This document shows positions 17,707 through 26,492 of a DNA stretch of 64,000 nt, in pieces; position 1 is the stretch's first letter; each line of letters opens with the position of its first letter. The notes beneath the pieces were generated by a model. The model worked only from the letters and a program-made list of their open reading frames with translations, was not told the origin of the DNA and did not search any database. Both the position numbers and the translations under genes were made by a program. This DNA comes from a virus, in IMG/VR virus record IMGVR_UViG_3300021077_000115, positions 46,064 through 110,063 of that record; one strand, 5' to 3'.

Positions 17707-18047
17707 TAACATTTGGCCGAATGAGTTCCACAAATCTCGCAGAACGTTTCCTCCAAAGCTTTACGCGCCAAGGTTGCGATGTATTCTGGGTCCATTACAT
17801 CAGCACAGTTGACAATAGTTTCAAGTACCGTTTTGAAAAGTTGAAGTTTCTTTTCGGCAACTTCGTACTTGGTTATACAATCTTTCTCGTATGGATTCTT
17901 TAGAGATTTTCCTTGATGAAGACGTCTATTGATTCTTTTGAGATTGGTAGTTGTTCCATGATCATCTTCGTAATCAAAGTTTGCCCCAAGCATTTCTGCT
18001 CTAGCTTTCCAGCCAAGAAATAGTTCCCTTTGAAGTTTTGATTTCAT
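17706..18047 (-). CDS. hypothetical zinc-ribbon protein (family A paralog, C-terminally truncated at the orphan repeat)
   Basis: The 113-aa ORF ends ...EETFCEICGTHSAKC, whereas the paralog 16505..16813 continues with three more CxxC pairs. The stop codon overlaps the first nt of the orphan repeat. Confidence 0.45.
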   Translation of the reverse strand: MKSKLQRELFLGWKARAEMLGANFDYEDDHGTTTNLKRINRRLHQGKSLKNPYEKDCITKYEVAEKKLQLFKTVLETIVNCADVMDPEYIATLARKALEETFCEICGTHSAKC

Positions 18048-18101
18048 TGTAACTCCTCAATCATCTCGTGACCAACGTGACGGCTGGGCCATGATTGGTT
18101 G

Positions 18102-18350
18102 TTATTCCTCTAGGTATTTGAAGTCTGAGCAAACGTGATAGGTTTCCCTCGCCCACCGCTCAGGATACCCGTTCCACATGTAATTGCAGAGCGCGTAGAA
18201 TGTTGGATCGTCCATGTGCTCAATCACCAAATGGTAAGTAACACCACCTGGCCAGTTCGTTGGCTTCATCGCAACTTGCTCAGATAGGCCCTGACAAAAA
18301 TCCTCATTGCATGCATTGAGTGGGCTGTATTTCAATGGTTTGCTATTCAT
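18102..18350 (-). CDS. hypothetical protein (family B, short paralog)
   Basis: The 82-aa ORF shares DDPTFYALCNYMWNGYPERWARETYHVCSDF with the 17160..17666 product. Confidence 0.45.
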   Translation of the reverse strand: MNSKPLKYSPLNACNEDFCQGLSEQVAMKPTNWPGGVTYHLVIEHMDDPTFYALCNYMWNGYPERWARETYHVCSDFKYLEE

Positions 18351-18396
18351 TGGGTAAATCCATCTGCTTGTTTCATAAATATCCTTTCAGCCTGAA

Positions 18397-18669
18397 TTAA
18401 TCTACTTCCCAACCAGCTTCTAGCATTGCCTCAAAGCTTTCGAACTCGATTGTGGGAACTCCAACCAATCGAGTAGATAGAGGACCGCCTTCCAGTTCGA
18501 ACAGTTCGAACATGTTCTTGTGGTATAGCTTTGGACCATGCCCCTTTACCAAGAAGGCGCAATCAGGCCATCTATTATCGCCGCGCTTGACCATTGCAAA
18601 CACTATACTTGCCCATTGGTTATGGTCTGTGATGATGGCCAAATCTGCCTTCTGATCGTCATTCAACAT
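18397..18669 (-). CDS. hypothetical protein
   Basis: A 90-aa ORF. Confidence 0.4.
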   Translation of the reverse strand: MLNDDQKADLAIITDHNQWASIVFAMVKRGDNRWPDCAFLVKGHGPKLYHKNMFELFELEGGPLSTRLVGVPTIEFESFEAMLEAGWEVD

Positions 18670-18905
18670 AATAATGTCCCGTCTGTAAATCCATAGACAC
18701 CGAAGCCTTGGATTTCAACAATGTAAGTGTCCCAGTTGATGCGCTTATCAAACCCGTAATGCTTCACGCTCAACGAGTCATCGGCAACGCTTAATGGAGC
18801 CATGGAAGTCCTGACAGCTGCCATAAGAGCATCCATGGTTGGTTCGATTTCAATTGTGGTAGCCATCGATTCTTCCAAGCCACCACGGGCCTGTCGTAAT
18901 TTCAT
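18663..18905 (-). CDS. hypothetical protein
   Basis: An 80-aa ORF whose start overlaps the upstream stop. Confidence 0.4.
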   Translation of the reverse strand: MKLRQARGGLEESMATTIEIEPTMDALMAAVRTSMAPLSVADDSLSVKHYGFDKRINWDTYIVEIQGFGVYGFTDGTLLC

Positions 18906-20486
18906 TCAAGCCGCCTTCCGTAAACCAACTATTCGTTTCTTCACCGCACACTCTGGACACCATTGTTTGGTGTTTTTTATCTGGTCAGCTCTTCCACACC
19001 AACGATGTCCTTCGGCACATTCAAGTTCTATTTTATCAAAACAACTAGTTATTGATGTGGAAAGACACTGACCGCCCTTCTTTTCGGCGGCTACTTGATA
19101 AGCCTCAATTCCAATATGTTTGGCCTTTGAACGCTTAATTATTCCACACTTAGGACACCAATCACCCCTCTGAATTGCGTTGTAGGTTGCCATCCAAACA
19201 TTACCACAAGAACATTGCCACTCAAGTTTTGTATAGTTGTTTTTGTATTCTGTAGATAGACAGACCCCACCACGATCACCAGCAATCTTTTGAATATCGG
19301 CTATAGATATTTTTGTCTTATGAGAACAAACCGAACACCAATTACCGTTCTTTATTCTGGTTGGCGTGGATGTCCATTCATGATTAAGACCACACACTAA
19401 TTTGATGGTACAATTGTGACCGCTATAAATTGTTGAAAGACAATCACCACCTTTGCTTTGTGCAATGTCTTTTATTTTTTGTAACTCTTTATCACGTTCA
19501 ATAAGGTTTACCGCATCAAAATCTATAATTTCAGAAGCTGGTTGAAGTCTTTTTAAATCATACTTTATTTTTGTATTATCCAATTGCAAACCTATAACGG
19601 TATGAAGGAGATCTAGTGCGGTTATATAAAACAACGCTGGGATTTCTATTAGTATTACTCCCGCTTGTTGGCATATAAATCTTTTTCTAGAATCTCTGAT
19701 TTGTATATCTGTGGTATTGCCTTTAAAACATGAAATGTTTTCGTAATGCTGAAGACCTTGATGTTCGAAAGCAATACCAATTTCTTTGCAATACCCATCA
19801 AGTTCCATTAATTTATCATTATAATTAGTTAGCCAAAGCGGTCGTATTTTAGGAAACGGTTTTCTAAATAAGAATTCAAGATACTGCCTGCATATGTTTT
19901 CAGAAAAGCTAGAACTACAATGTGGACACCAAGAATGTTTGTATATGACATTCTGGAATGTGGCCTCCCATTTATGACCAGCATCACATTCCCAAATCAT
20001 TTTTTCTTTTAATGAAATATATTCTGATACTAATTTACCACCGCGCTTAAGTGCTGTCTCCTTTGCTAGTTCCAGTTTGTCAGCATAAGAACCTCCAAGT
20101 TGGCAAGTTGGACACCATGAGCCATGATTAATAGTCTTGAAATCAGTTTCCCACTTATGACCTTCCGAACATATGAATTTAAGCTTTTTTCTATTATTGA
20201 TGTAGGTTTCTGAAAGGCATTTTCCTCCATGGGATATAGCAATATCTTTAGCTTCTTGTATCTTATGCGGCTGCGCTTTTACTGCCATACGTTTATTAGT
20301 ATCGTTATAACAAGTAGCACAACCACCACCATTTCTTATACTCTTAGCTGTTGGATGACAAAGATGCCCTTCTGAACAAATTACATCAAGTTTTTGATTG
20401 TTGTCTTTATATTCAACAGTCAACAATTTAAAGCCTTTTACCTCTACCAACTCCCGAACTAGATCTAGTGTTAATTTCTTTGACAA
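18906..20486 (-). CDS. multi-zinc-ribbon repeat protein with a central PD-(D/E)XK-like nuclease-type block
   Basis: At least six copies of a ~45-aa unit (GG.CLS..Y.N....KL.F.C..GH.W......I..G.WCP.C) flank a central region. That region (FSENICRQYLEFLF...LMELDGYCKEIGIAFEHQGLQHYE) resembles E..D...IAFEYQG nuclease cores, read by eye. Confidence 0.45.
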   Translation of the reverse strand: MSKKLTLDLVRELVEVKGFKLLTVEYKDNNQKLDVICSEGHLCHPTAKSIRNGGGCATCYNDTNKRMAVKAQPHKIQEAKDIAISHGGKCLSETYINNRKKLKFICSEGHKWETDFKTINHGSWCPTCQLGGSYADKLELAKETALKRGGKLVSEYISLKEKMIWECDAGHKWEATFQNVIYKHSWCPHCSSSFSENICRQYLEFLFRKPFPKIRPLWLTNYNDKLMELDGYCKEIGIAFEHQGLQHYENISCFKGNTTDIQIRDSRKRFICQQAGVILIEIPALFYITALDLLHTVIGLQLDNTKIKYDLKRLQPASEIIDFDAVNLIERDKELQKIKDIAQSKGGDCLSTIYSGHNCTIKLVCGLNHEWTSTPTRIKNGNWCSVCSHKTKISIADIQKIAGDRGGVCLSTEYKNNYTKLEWQCSCGNVWMATYNAIQRGDWCPKCGIIKRSKAKHIGIEAYQVAAEKKGGQCLSTSITSCFDKIELECAEGHRWCGRADQIKNTKQWCPECAVKKRIVGLRKAA

Positions 20487-21937
20487 GTAAACTCCAGCAA
20501 ATATCTAAGATTGTGCTGGTCAGTTCTATACAACATCATCTCGTCATTAATAACTCCACTTTGCCCACCCTTAGCCCATACAGAATGATATGGAGCTATT
20601 GATTTTAAAGTATATTGCCCAGGTGATTTTGCCATAAATTGATTTCCTAATGCACAATCGGATACAAATAAGAAAGCCCTATCATCAGAGCCTTTCGCCC
20701 AATATGATGACCTAATATTAGTATAATTGATGCTCTTTGTTGAAGAACTTGATTTATATATTGCCTCCGAGCCGTACATAGAACCAGTAATAATAGCACC
20801 AGCTGGACGAATCAACAAACCAGACTTCAATATACCTGTAATATTTTGTGATCTTGAGCCATGAAACAAAGGAATTACATTGGCATTATGAAACAGATCT
20901 GTATCATATACATCCTTTCTCTTTGTAACAATACCCATCTGATCTGGAATTACTTGCTTACCACATTGTTTTGATATTTCTTTAGCTCTGCCTAAGAAGC
21001 GATCACGTTCTCCATTGCGCTGTATATCCCAAGCATTCAAAAGAGTAATCTTGCCGAGGTAATGATGATTACTGGCTCGTGTATCTTGTACTAACCTATC
21101 CAACCAACCGAACCTATAATCTGTTTTTTCTATAAAACAAAACTCTGTATCCAAAGATTTGTATTGATCATATACTGAGTTGCTTGTAAGTGTAGCCCCA
21201 ATGGATTTTGCATCCAATAAGGTATCAAGCTCATCCTCTAAAACAGCAACCTTCTGATCACTATCAATCAATAAATGCATCATCTGACCACGAGCACCAG
21301 CTCCAAGATTATGAGGAATCAATCCATAGAATTGATTAGTTAAATCCAATAAATCATTATAGTTCTTATTAGAAGCCAAGATGCGTTTAGCTGCCACTAG
21401 ACAGGCACGACCACGATCTACCTGATCATTGGTTAGCTGTCCAAGAGGACACTTTAGAGTTTTAATAACCCAATTATTGGTTGCTCCCATTAGCACAGAA
21501 ACAATTCTGAATGTTTCTACATGAATAGAAGGCTGTGATGGAGTTGCGGATGAGTCAGCATTTTTTAACTGAACAGTCTTAACATGCTTCTTGGCCTCAT
21601 CGCTACCGAGGGTGCGCTGAGCTACATCAATTTCAACATAACCTTTCTTGAGCTTGGCCTTCTTGATAGAGTTGAACTCAGCCTCGGCAGCAGCACGATC
21701 TGTACCGAAATATCTCCAGTTACTTGCTTGAATTGTTCCAGTGGGTCCGTGTTGAGAAAAAATCTGACATGTATCATCTTTACCTACTTGCAGTTCCATA
21801 TGATACATCTTGTTACTTGAACCACAAGTGCCGGATTTTTCTCCTATCATATCGAAGAAGTTTAGTTCTAAAATCCAGCCTGCAGGAACTTCGTAATCTG
21901 TAATTGTTGCTCGTTTATCTGCTTTTACTTTTGCCAT
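20471..21937 (-). CDS. poly(ADP-ribose) polymerase (PARP) homolog with WGR, helical regulatory and catalytic ART domains
   Basis: A WGR-like N-terminus (WILELNFFDMIGEKSG...NKMYHMELQV...RYFGTDRAAAEAEFNSIKKAKLKKGY) is present. The catalytic signature is LFHGSRSQNITGILKSGLLIRP (H), MYGSEAIYKSSSS (Y) and VINDEMMLYRTDQHNLRYLLEF (E). This matches the PARP1 blocks HGSR..N..GIL..GL, YF...SKSA.Y and YNEYIVY...NLKYLL. Confidence 0.8.
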   Translation of the reverse strand: MAKVKADKRATITDYEVPAGWILELNFFDMIGEKSGTCGSSNKMYHMELQVGKDDTCQIFSQHGPTGTIQASNWRYFGTDRAAAEAEFNSIKKAKLKKGYVEIDVAQRTLGSDEAKKHVKTVQLKNADSSATPSQPSIHVETFRIVSVLMGATNNWVIKTLKCPLGQLTNDQVDRGRACLVAAKRILASNKNYNDLLDLTNQFYGLIPHNLGAGARGQMMHLLIDSDQKVAVLEDELDTLLDAKSIGATLTSNSVYDQYKSLDTEFCFIEKTDYRFGWLDRLVQDTRASNHHYLGKITLLNAWDIQRNGERDRFLGRAKEISKQCGKQVIPDQMGIVTKRKDVYDTDLFHNANVIPLFHGSRSQNITGILKSGLLIRPAGAIITGSMYGSEAIYKSSSSTKSINYTNIRSSYWAKGSDDRAFLFVSDCALGNQFMAKSPGQYTLKSIAPYHSVWAKGGQSGVINDEMMLYRTDQHNLRYLLEFTCQRN

Positions 21938-22164
21938 TATTTTACCAAAGAGTTAGAATATTAGATTCTCTATTCATTTCATTCACCATTTAACATAATC
22001 CGGCTCACATTATCACTTTCTATTCGCACTTACAATAACTAAGTTCCGGCCGGACGAAAAGCCTGGCTATGGAGTTCCACTCTTTCCTGGTGACGAACCT
22101 TGGATGTATCCTGACAATGGCGGATTGCAGACAATGAAATGCGTATCTACCCAACTAGCGCTAC

Positions 22165-22416
22165 TTAAAACCCTTCACCAGAATGAGCATCAAGTAGATA
22201 TGAAGAACATATAGACAATCCCATCTGGAAAGTTCCAATTTCAGTTGGAGTTAAAACAACTTTATTAGTGGCAACTTTTGTCTCGTTCGAATCAGCACGT
22301 ACATTAGCGTTGATACAGCTAAGCTCTGGAGTTGGTACATCAAAGTGAGAAAATAAAAAACCAATAACAGTCGCCATAACCACAGCAACTACAAATCCCA
22401 TTGGACGTATTCTCAT
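22165..22416 (-). CDS. small membrane protein
   Basis: The 83-aa ORF has an N-terminal TM/signal segment, MGFVVAVVMATVIGFLF. Confidence 0.4.
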   Translation of the reverse strand: MRIRPMGFVVAVVMATVIGFLFSHFDVPTPELSCINANVRADSNETKVATNKVVLTPTEIGTFQMGLSICSSYLLDAHSGEGF

Positions 22417-22587
22417 TATTTCCTCACTGGTCGGTCGGCTGCCTCGGCAACTATTTCCAATTTAGTTCTGCCAAGTTCAGTGAATGCAATGCTCTTGGCC
22501 ATCAATCTAATCTCTCTAGAATTATGTGTCTCACGAAGTACACGTCGAATACCAGCGTTCTCATTACCTGGAAACGGTTATCGGCGT

Positions 22588-22824
22588 TCAGATAATTACA
22601 ACGACATTCACTGGGTCGTCATTACCATCTACATCGGAATTCGCCCAATACTGCCATCCGTTTGCAGTCGGTGTTTCGTGGAGCCGATTAACGCCAAGAA
22701 CTTCTCTCGCCCACGCTCTTGCTGCACGTTCAGAGCGTACAATAGTATGATACCTATTCATGTAAGAAAGTTGTAAACGTCTTTTGATTCGACTTCGAAG
22801 TAAACTAACAGGTTTACGAGCCAT
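22588..22824 (-). CDS. hypothetical basic protein
   Basis: The 78-aa ORF is Arg-rich. Confidence 0.35.
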   Translation of the reverse strand: MARKPVSLLRSRIKRRLQLSYMNRYHTIVRSERAARAWAREVLGVNRLHETPTANGWQYWANSDVDGNDDPVNVVVII

Positions 22825-22835
22825 GATTCTACTTT

Positions 22836-22961
22836 CTATCGGTTATCAGTTATCAGTCAGAAATCTGCAGTCGGCGGTCGGCAGTCGGCAGTCAGCTATC
22901 GGAGGTCGGCGGTCGGAGGTCGGAGGTCGGCGGTCGGCTATCAGCTATCGGCTATCGGTAG
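22836..22961. repeat. intergenic tandem array of ~18 degenerate 7-bp units (consensus TCGG[A/C]GG on plus strand)
   Basis: The tract ctatcgg ttatcag ... tcggcgg tcggcag tcggcag tcagcta tcggagg tcggcgg tcggagg tcggagg tcggcgg tcggcta tcagcta tcggcta tcggtag has 7-nt periodicity throughout, with one phase slip near 22857. It lies exactly between two minus-strand genes. Confidence 0.85.
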
Positions 22962-23173
22962 TCCAGCTTCTCAGAGAACCCAGGTTGGAATACTTGGAGT
23001 TCCCTTTGCTTCATGTTGCTATTTTCAATCTGAGCCAATCGAACCTTACCCCAGCCGCCAGATAAGCAGCACATCAATACAACGCCATTTTGCAAGAACT
23101 GCAACGCCTCCCAGGCTTCCAGCACTTGCATGCCCTCAGGCTCACAACGCATCTCACTATCTAATTCAGACAT
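22952..23173 (-). CDS. hypothetical protein
   Basis: A 73-aa ORF. Confidence 0.35.
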   Translation of the reverse strand: MSELDSEMRCEPEGMQVLEAWEALQFLQNGVVLMCCLSGGWGKVRLAQIENSNMKQRELQVFQPGFSEKLDYR

Positions 23174-23207
23174 AATCTATACCTCCACAATCTCAATTCG
23201 AGGGTAC

Positions 23208-23414
23208 CTAGGACTCCAATGTTTCAACATGAAGTTTAGGTTCTTTTCCATTCCGATAAACGCCATCCACCATCAGGAAGTTATCTGGACATAGAACTAC
23301 TTTCACACCAGAGCACGGATAGGCTTTGGCCCACGTACTCTTTCCAACACCAGGCAGACCAGTGAGTAGAATGTTACGCTTCTCCCATAGCTTGTTTATT
23401 ACCAAAGATGCCAT
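23208..23414 (-). CDS. small P-loop NTPase-like protein (Walker A only)
   Basis: The 68-aa ORF carries LLTGLPGVGKSTWAKAY. Confidence 0.4.
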   Translation of the reverse strand: MASLVINKLWEKRNILLTGLPGVGKSTWAKAYPCSGVKVVLCPDNFLMVDGVYRNGKEPKLHVETLES

Positions 23415-23679
23415 CCCAATTATTCCGAAAGGCCTTTGAGTTTACCTTCGAGGGCTTGCTTATCGGAACTTCACTGGTGACCTGATAGATAGGTCCGGCA
23501 ATTTGCTCTGTCTCAACTCGCGTGAGCTCTCCTTCCCCGCAGTCTGCTGGGGCTTCTCCTTCGCGAAACATCACTCCCTCTTGTGTACCTTCTTTGGTAA
23601 CACGAAGAGCGGCCCGGCCGCCATTGCTTAGCTCCGGGCCCATTACAACGAAACCTTTATCTTCTTTGTCGTCAGCCAT
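23374..23679 (-). CDS. hypothetical protein
   Basis: A 101-aa ORF. It overlaps the next ORF by 41 nt, so the start is uncertain. Confidence 0.35.
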   Translation of the reverse strand: MADDKEDKGFVVMGPELSNGGRAALRVTKEGTQEGVMFREGEAPADCGEGELTRVETEQIAGPIYQVTSEVPISKPSKVNSKAFRNNWDGIFGNKQAMGEA

Positions 23680-23681
23680 AG

Positions 23682-23909
23682 TTATTTTCTCGCTATTGCT
23701 CTTCGACCTTCATCAGTAGGTTCCAATACCAATCGGTAGTTTTCATCACTCCGATGGTCATCCTTTTTCACATAACCAAGCTTGAGTAACGTTATCGCTG
23801 GTTTGTAGTCTGGCACACACGACCACATCACAAAACCCTTATCAGCAACTTCAATTACTTCTTGAAGAGTTCGAAGTTGTGCAGAGCTCAGCCTAACTTT
23901 ATTGGCCAT
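23682..23909 (-). CDS. hypothetical protein
   Basis: A 75-aa ORF. Confidence 0.4.
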   Translation of the reverse strand: MANKVRLSSAQLRTLQEVIEVADKGFVMWSCVPDYKPAITLLKLGYVKKDDHRSDENYRLVLEPTDEGRRAIARK

Positions 23910-25575
23910 GGTTTCCTATTTCAGGTTCAACTAAATGAAACTCTCGAACAAAGTACGACTTCCTATTCTTCGGATCTCCATACGAAATGACAGCAACACT
24001 TCCGGGCTTGGCTTGGAATACCTCCACGCTCCGAGGATCTCCAACGTACAGAATACGAATCTCCCAAAGTTCTTTGGGATGATCTTTGAGCGTTACAATA
24101 TAGCTTGTGTTGCTGTTGACTGTAATGGATTCGACGCTGTCGATTACACCCTTGACCTCTTTATCCTCCAGAACGTTCGAGCCAGTTCTAGCGGATTGAC
24201 TCATGACAAGGTGTTGCTCATATCGCAAGAAGGTATCCTGCTTGTTGTTGGCCCATATTACATTGGCGGGCTTGACATCGTAATTAGCGCGCAGAAGGAA
24301 AGTTGCCGCATAGAGAGCGCCATACTCCTTGTTATCGTTATCAACTGCCGGCTTGGTAAGAACTCCCTCCCATGTCCGTTCTCCGTAGATGGAATGAATC
24401 GTCATATCTTCTGGAGTGTATCCATAGAGCGCAGTTGCTTGCTTGACGGCATTGAGCGCTGCGCTTTTTGTCGCCATGCTCTGCTTACCTTCAGTCAAGT
24501 AATAGGTGCACTCGCCTGTCCTTGGGTCGCAAAGCATAATCCCTGATGTTGAAACATCTGGCATCGAGCTGGTAATGTAGGCCGTGTAAACTAGATTGGT
24601 ATTAGCCTCGTTCATTACCGGATACAGATCGTTACCATCAACCTGAAATTGATTTAGCTTTGATGTCTTCCCAAAGTTTTCTGTATTGTAGCCCCAATAA
24701 TTTATAGCATCACACAACACATTCTCAGAATAGATTTGGTCAATCCACTCCGGAATCTTAGGATCCCGTTCATTCTTTTCAGTGAAAGGATTGTCGAGCA
24801 AGAACTCCTGAAGTTTTTCTTCTTGAGGATCAACCAGAATAAACTTCTCAGCCCAGTATCCATGTCCATTTTCAAGTTTATCGGCGTCATCCATTACATA
24901 CGTAACTGTAAAGAATGGACGCCAGTTGTCATCAACCTCCAACGTTGGGTTGTCTAGCCTGTGATATCCTACAGTCCAATAGCCACGATTACGCAGGAAG
25001 CGATAGATGTTGTGGTCATCCCTTGTAGTTGATTGATCACCGAGATACAGCTTGATTTTGTACGGGTGCCCATCTTCGTCCTGGATCCGAATCCAAGCTG
25101 GCCGTGTTTCATCTTCTGCATCGGCTACACCAATAGCTGGAATGGCTCTTCCAGTCTGTTCGTATGCCGCTCGATTTGCTTCATCCTTTGGATAGTCGAG
25201 CATCGCAATATAATACTGATGCCCTTTGACTACGACCGGAGTAATTGCAGGGCCACCATCGCCACCTTCATCGGTGTCCGTTTTGGCAATTTGAAAAACG
25301 GTGCTCAACCGATAATTGAACTTGCCATCGTATGTCTCAAGTGCCTGATTGATTTTGGCCGCCGCCATAAGACGGCTGACATTTGAGATCTGAGTGCGCG
25401 TTGTAGCAAGCGGCTTGTTGGGTTCCGCAATCTTTACCTTGAGTATCTTCTTCCACTTGATTCGATTGGAAAGCTTCGGTGCCCCAGTCTCATCCTTTAT
25501 TGTGCTTCCATTGCATCCACTAAACATTAGCAATGAGCACAGAATCAGCAATGCGATCTTGAATAGTTGTTTCAT
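23899..25575 (-). CDS. putative lipoprotein
   Basis: The signal peptide MKQLFKIALLILCSLLMFSGC has a lipobox-like FSGC. The mature domain is 558 aa with no recognised motifs. Confidence 0.55.
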   Translation of the reverse strand: MKQLFKIALLILCSLLMFSGCNGSTIKDETGAPKLSNRIKWKKILKVKIAEPNKPLATTRTQISNVSRLMAAAKINQALETYDGKFNYRLSTVFQIAKTDTDEGGDGGPAITPVVVKGHQYYIAMLDYPKDEANRAAYEQTGRAIPAIGVADAEDETRPAWIRIQDEDGHPYKIKLYLGDQSTTRDDHNIYRFLRNRGYWTVGYHRLDNPTLEVDDNWRPFFTVTYVMDDADKLENGHGYWAEKFILVDPQEEKLQEFLLDNPFTEKNERDPKIPEWIDQIYSENVLCDAINYWGYNTENFGKTSKLNQFQVDGNDLYPVMNEANTNLVYTAYITSSMPDVSTSGIMLCDPRTGECTYYLTEGKQSMATKSAALNAVKQATALYGYTPEDMTIHSIYGERTWEGVLTKPAVDNDNKEYGALYAATFLLRANYDVKPANVIWANNKQDTFLRYEQHLVMSQSARTGSNVLEDKEVKGVIDSVESITVNSNTSYIVTLKDHPKELWEIRILYVGDPRSVEVFQAKPGSVAVISYGDPKNRKSYFVREFHLVEPEIGNHGQ

Positions 25576-26492
25576 TTCTTTATCTCTTGCGGTTTGAAGT
25601 TTCGAGTAGATAGTAACGTTCCCTGAGTTGAGAATTGATAGGCGCGCACAGCATCATTCTCAAACAAGAACACTTGTCCGACATTGATGTGCAGCTTGTT
25701 GTGTCGTTCATCATGGAAGGTTACTTGATTCCCATCCACATGAGCGTCAGCGATGTGCTCCGATACATAGGGTGTGAACCCAGCCGTACCTGAGGTATAT
25801 CGCTGTGAATACTTTATGATTCCTGTATCGCTAATCAGTGCCAGATTCAGGAATGAAGCTTTGCTGCGCTCATCCATTACTTCAGCGCTGTTCGACCACG
25901 GACCAAAGTCAGTCTCCTGTTTATCAGCAACCTGCTGTTGGTAGACTTCAACCTTGGGCGGTTCTGGTGGAGTTGTTGAAACAACTGGAGCTTCCGTATA
26001 GTAACGTTGGATACCCCAAACTGATAATACCAGAATAGCTGAGTAGATGAAGTCAACAATAGCTACTAGTGAGATTAGAGATTGGAACATGAAGATGGCA
26101 AGGACAACCACACTCTCGCCATTATAGTAGGATGACCATGATGCCGATGGCGAAACATCCCATGTTGGTGGAGACCATTCAACATGAGGGGCTGGCTTGG
26201 CGGCTTTTGCTTTCTTTGCCTTCCGTGCTTCATTCCATGGAACGAATTCTTGATAGTATGTACAGCGTACATGAAGCCACATGCGCGTAGCCATTACGGC
26301 AATTTCACGCCATGGATTTTTGAGACGCGCCATCCACTTCCAGCTCTTAGTTGCCGTAGCAATGATTACAGGAATCAATAGTGTGATTCCTATCGCTGCT
26401 TGGATGGCTACATAGCCAATGAAGATGGGACAGATTATACAATAGAAGAGAAGCTCTCTTCCAATTATATTCCACGATGATGACTTAGACAT
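25572..26492 (-). CDS. integral membrane protein
   Basis: Two strongly hydrophobic stretches (IICPIFIGYVAIQAAIGITLLIPVIIATA and VVVLAIFMFQSLISLVAIVDFIYSAILVLSV) are present. A KAKKAKAAK basic patch follows. Confidence 0.5.
   Translation of the reverse strand: MSKSSSWNIIGRELLFYCIICPIFIGYVAIQAAIGITLLIPVIIATATKSWKWMARLKNPWREIAVMATRMWLHVRCTYYQEFVPWNEARKAKKAKAAKPAPHVEWSPPTWDVSPSASWSSYYNGESVVVLAIFMFQSLISLVAIVDFIYSAILVLSVWGIQRYYTEAPVVSTTPPEPPKVEVYQQQVADKQETDFGPWSNSAEVMDERSKASFLNLALISDTGIIKYSQRYTSGTAGFTPYVSEHIADAHVDGNQVTFHDERHNKLHINVGQVFLFENDAVRAYQFSTQGTLLSTRNFKPQEIKK

Noticed and set aside
22784-23065. A plus-strand ORF (93 aa) spans the heptad repeat tract and encodes GSRQSAIGGRRSEVGGRRS.
   Set aside because: The open frame is a by-product of the 7-bp periodic repeat. 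With 21 nt per three units, stops are removed in all frames. Flanking genes are on the other strand and abut the tract.
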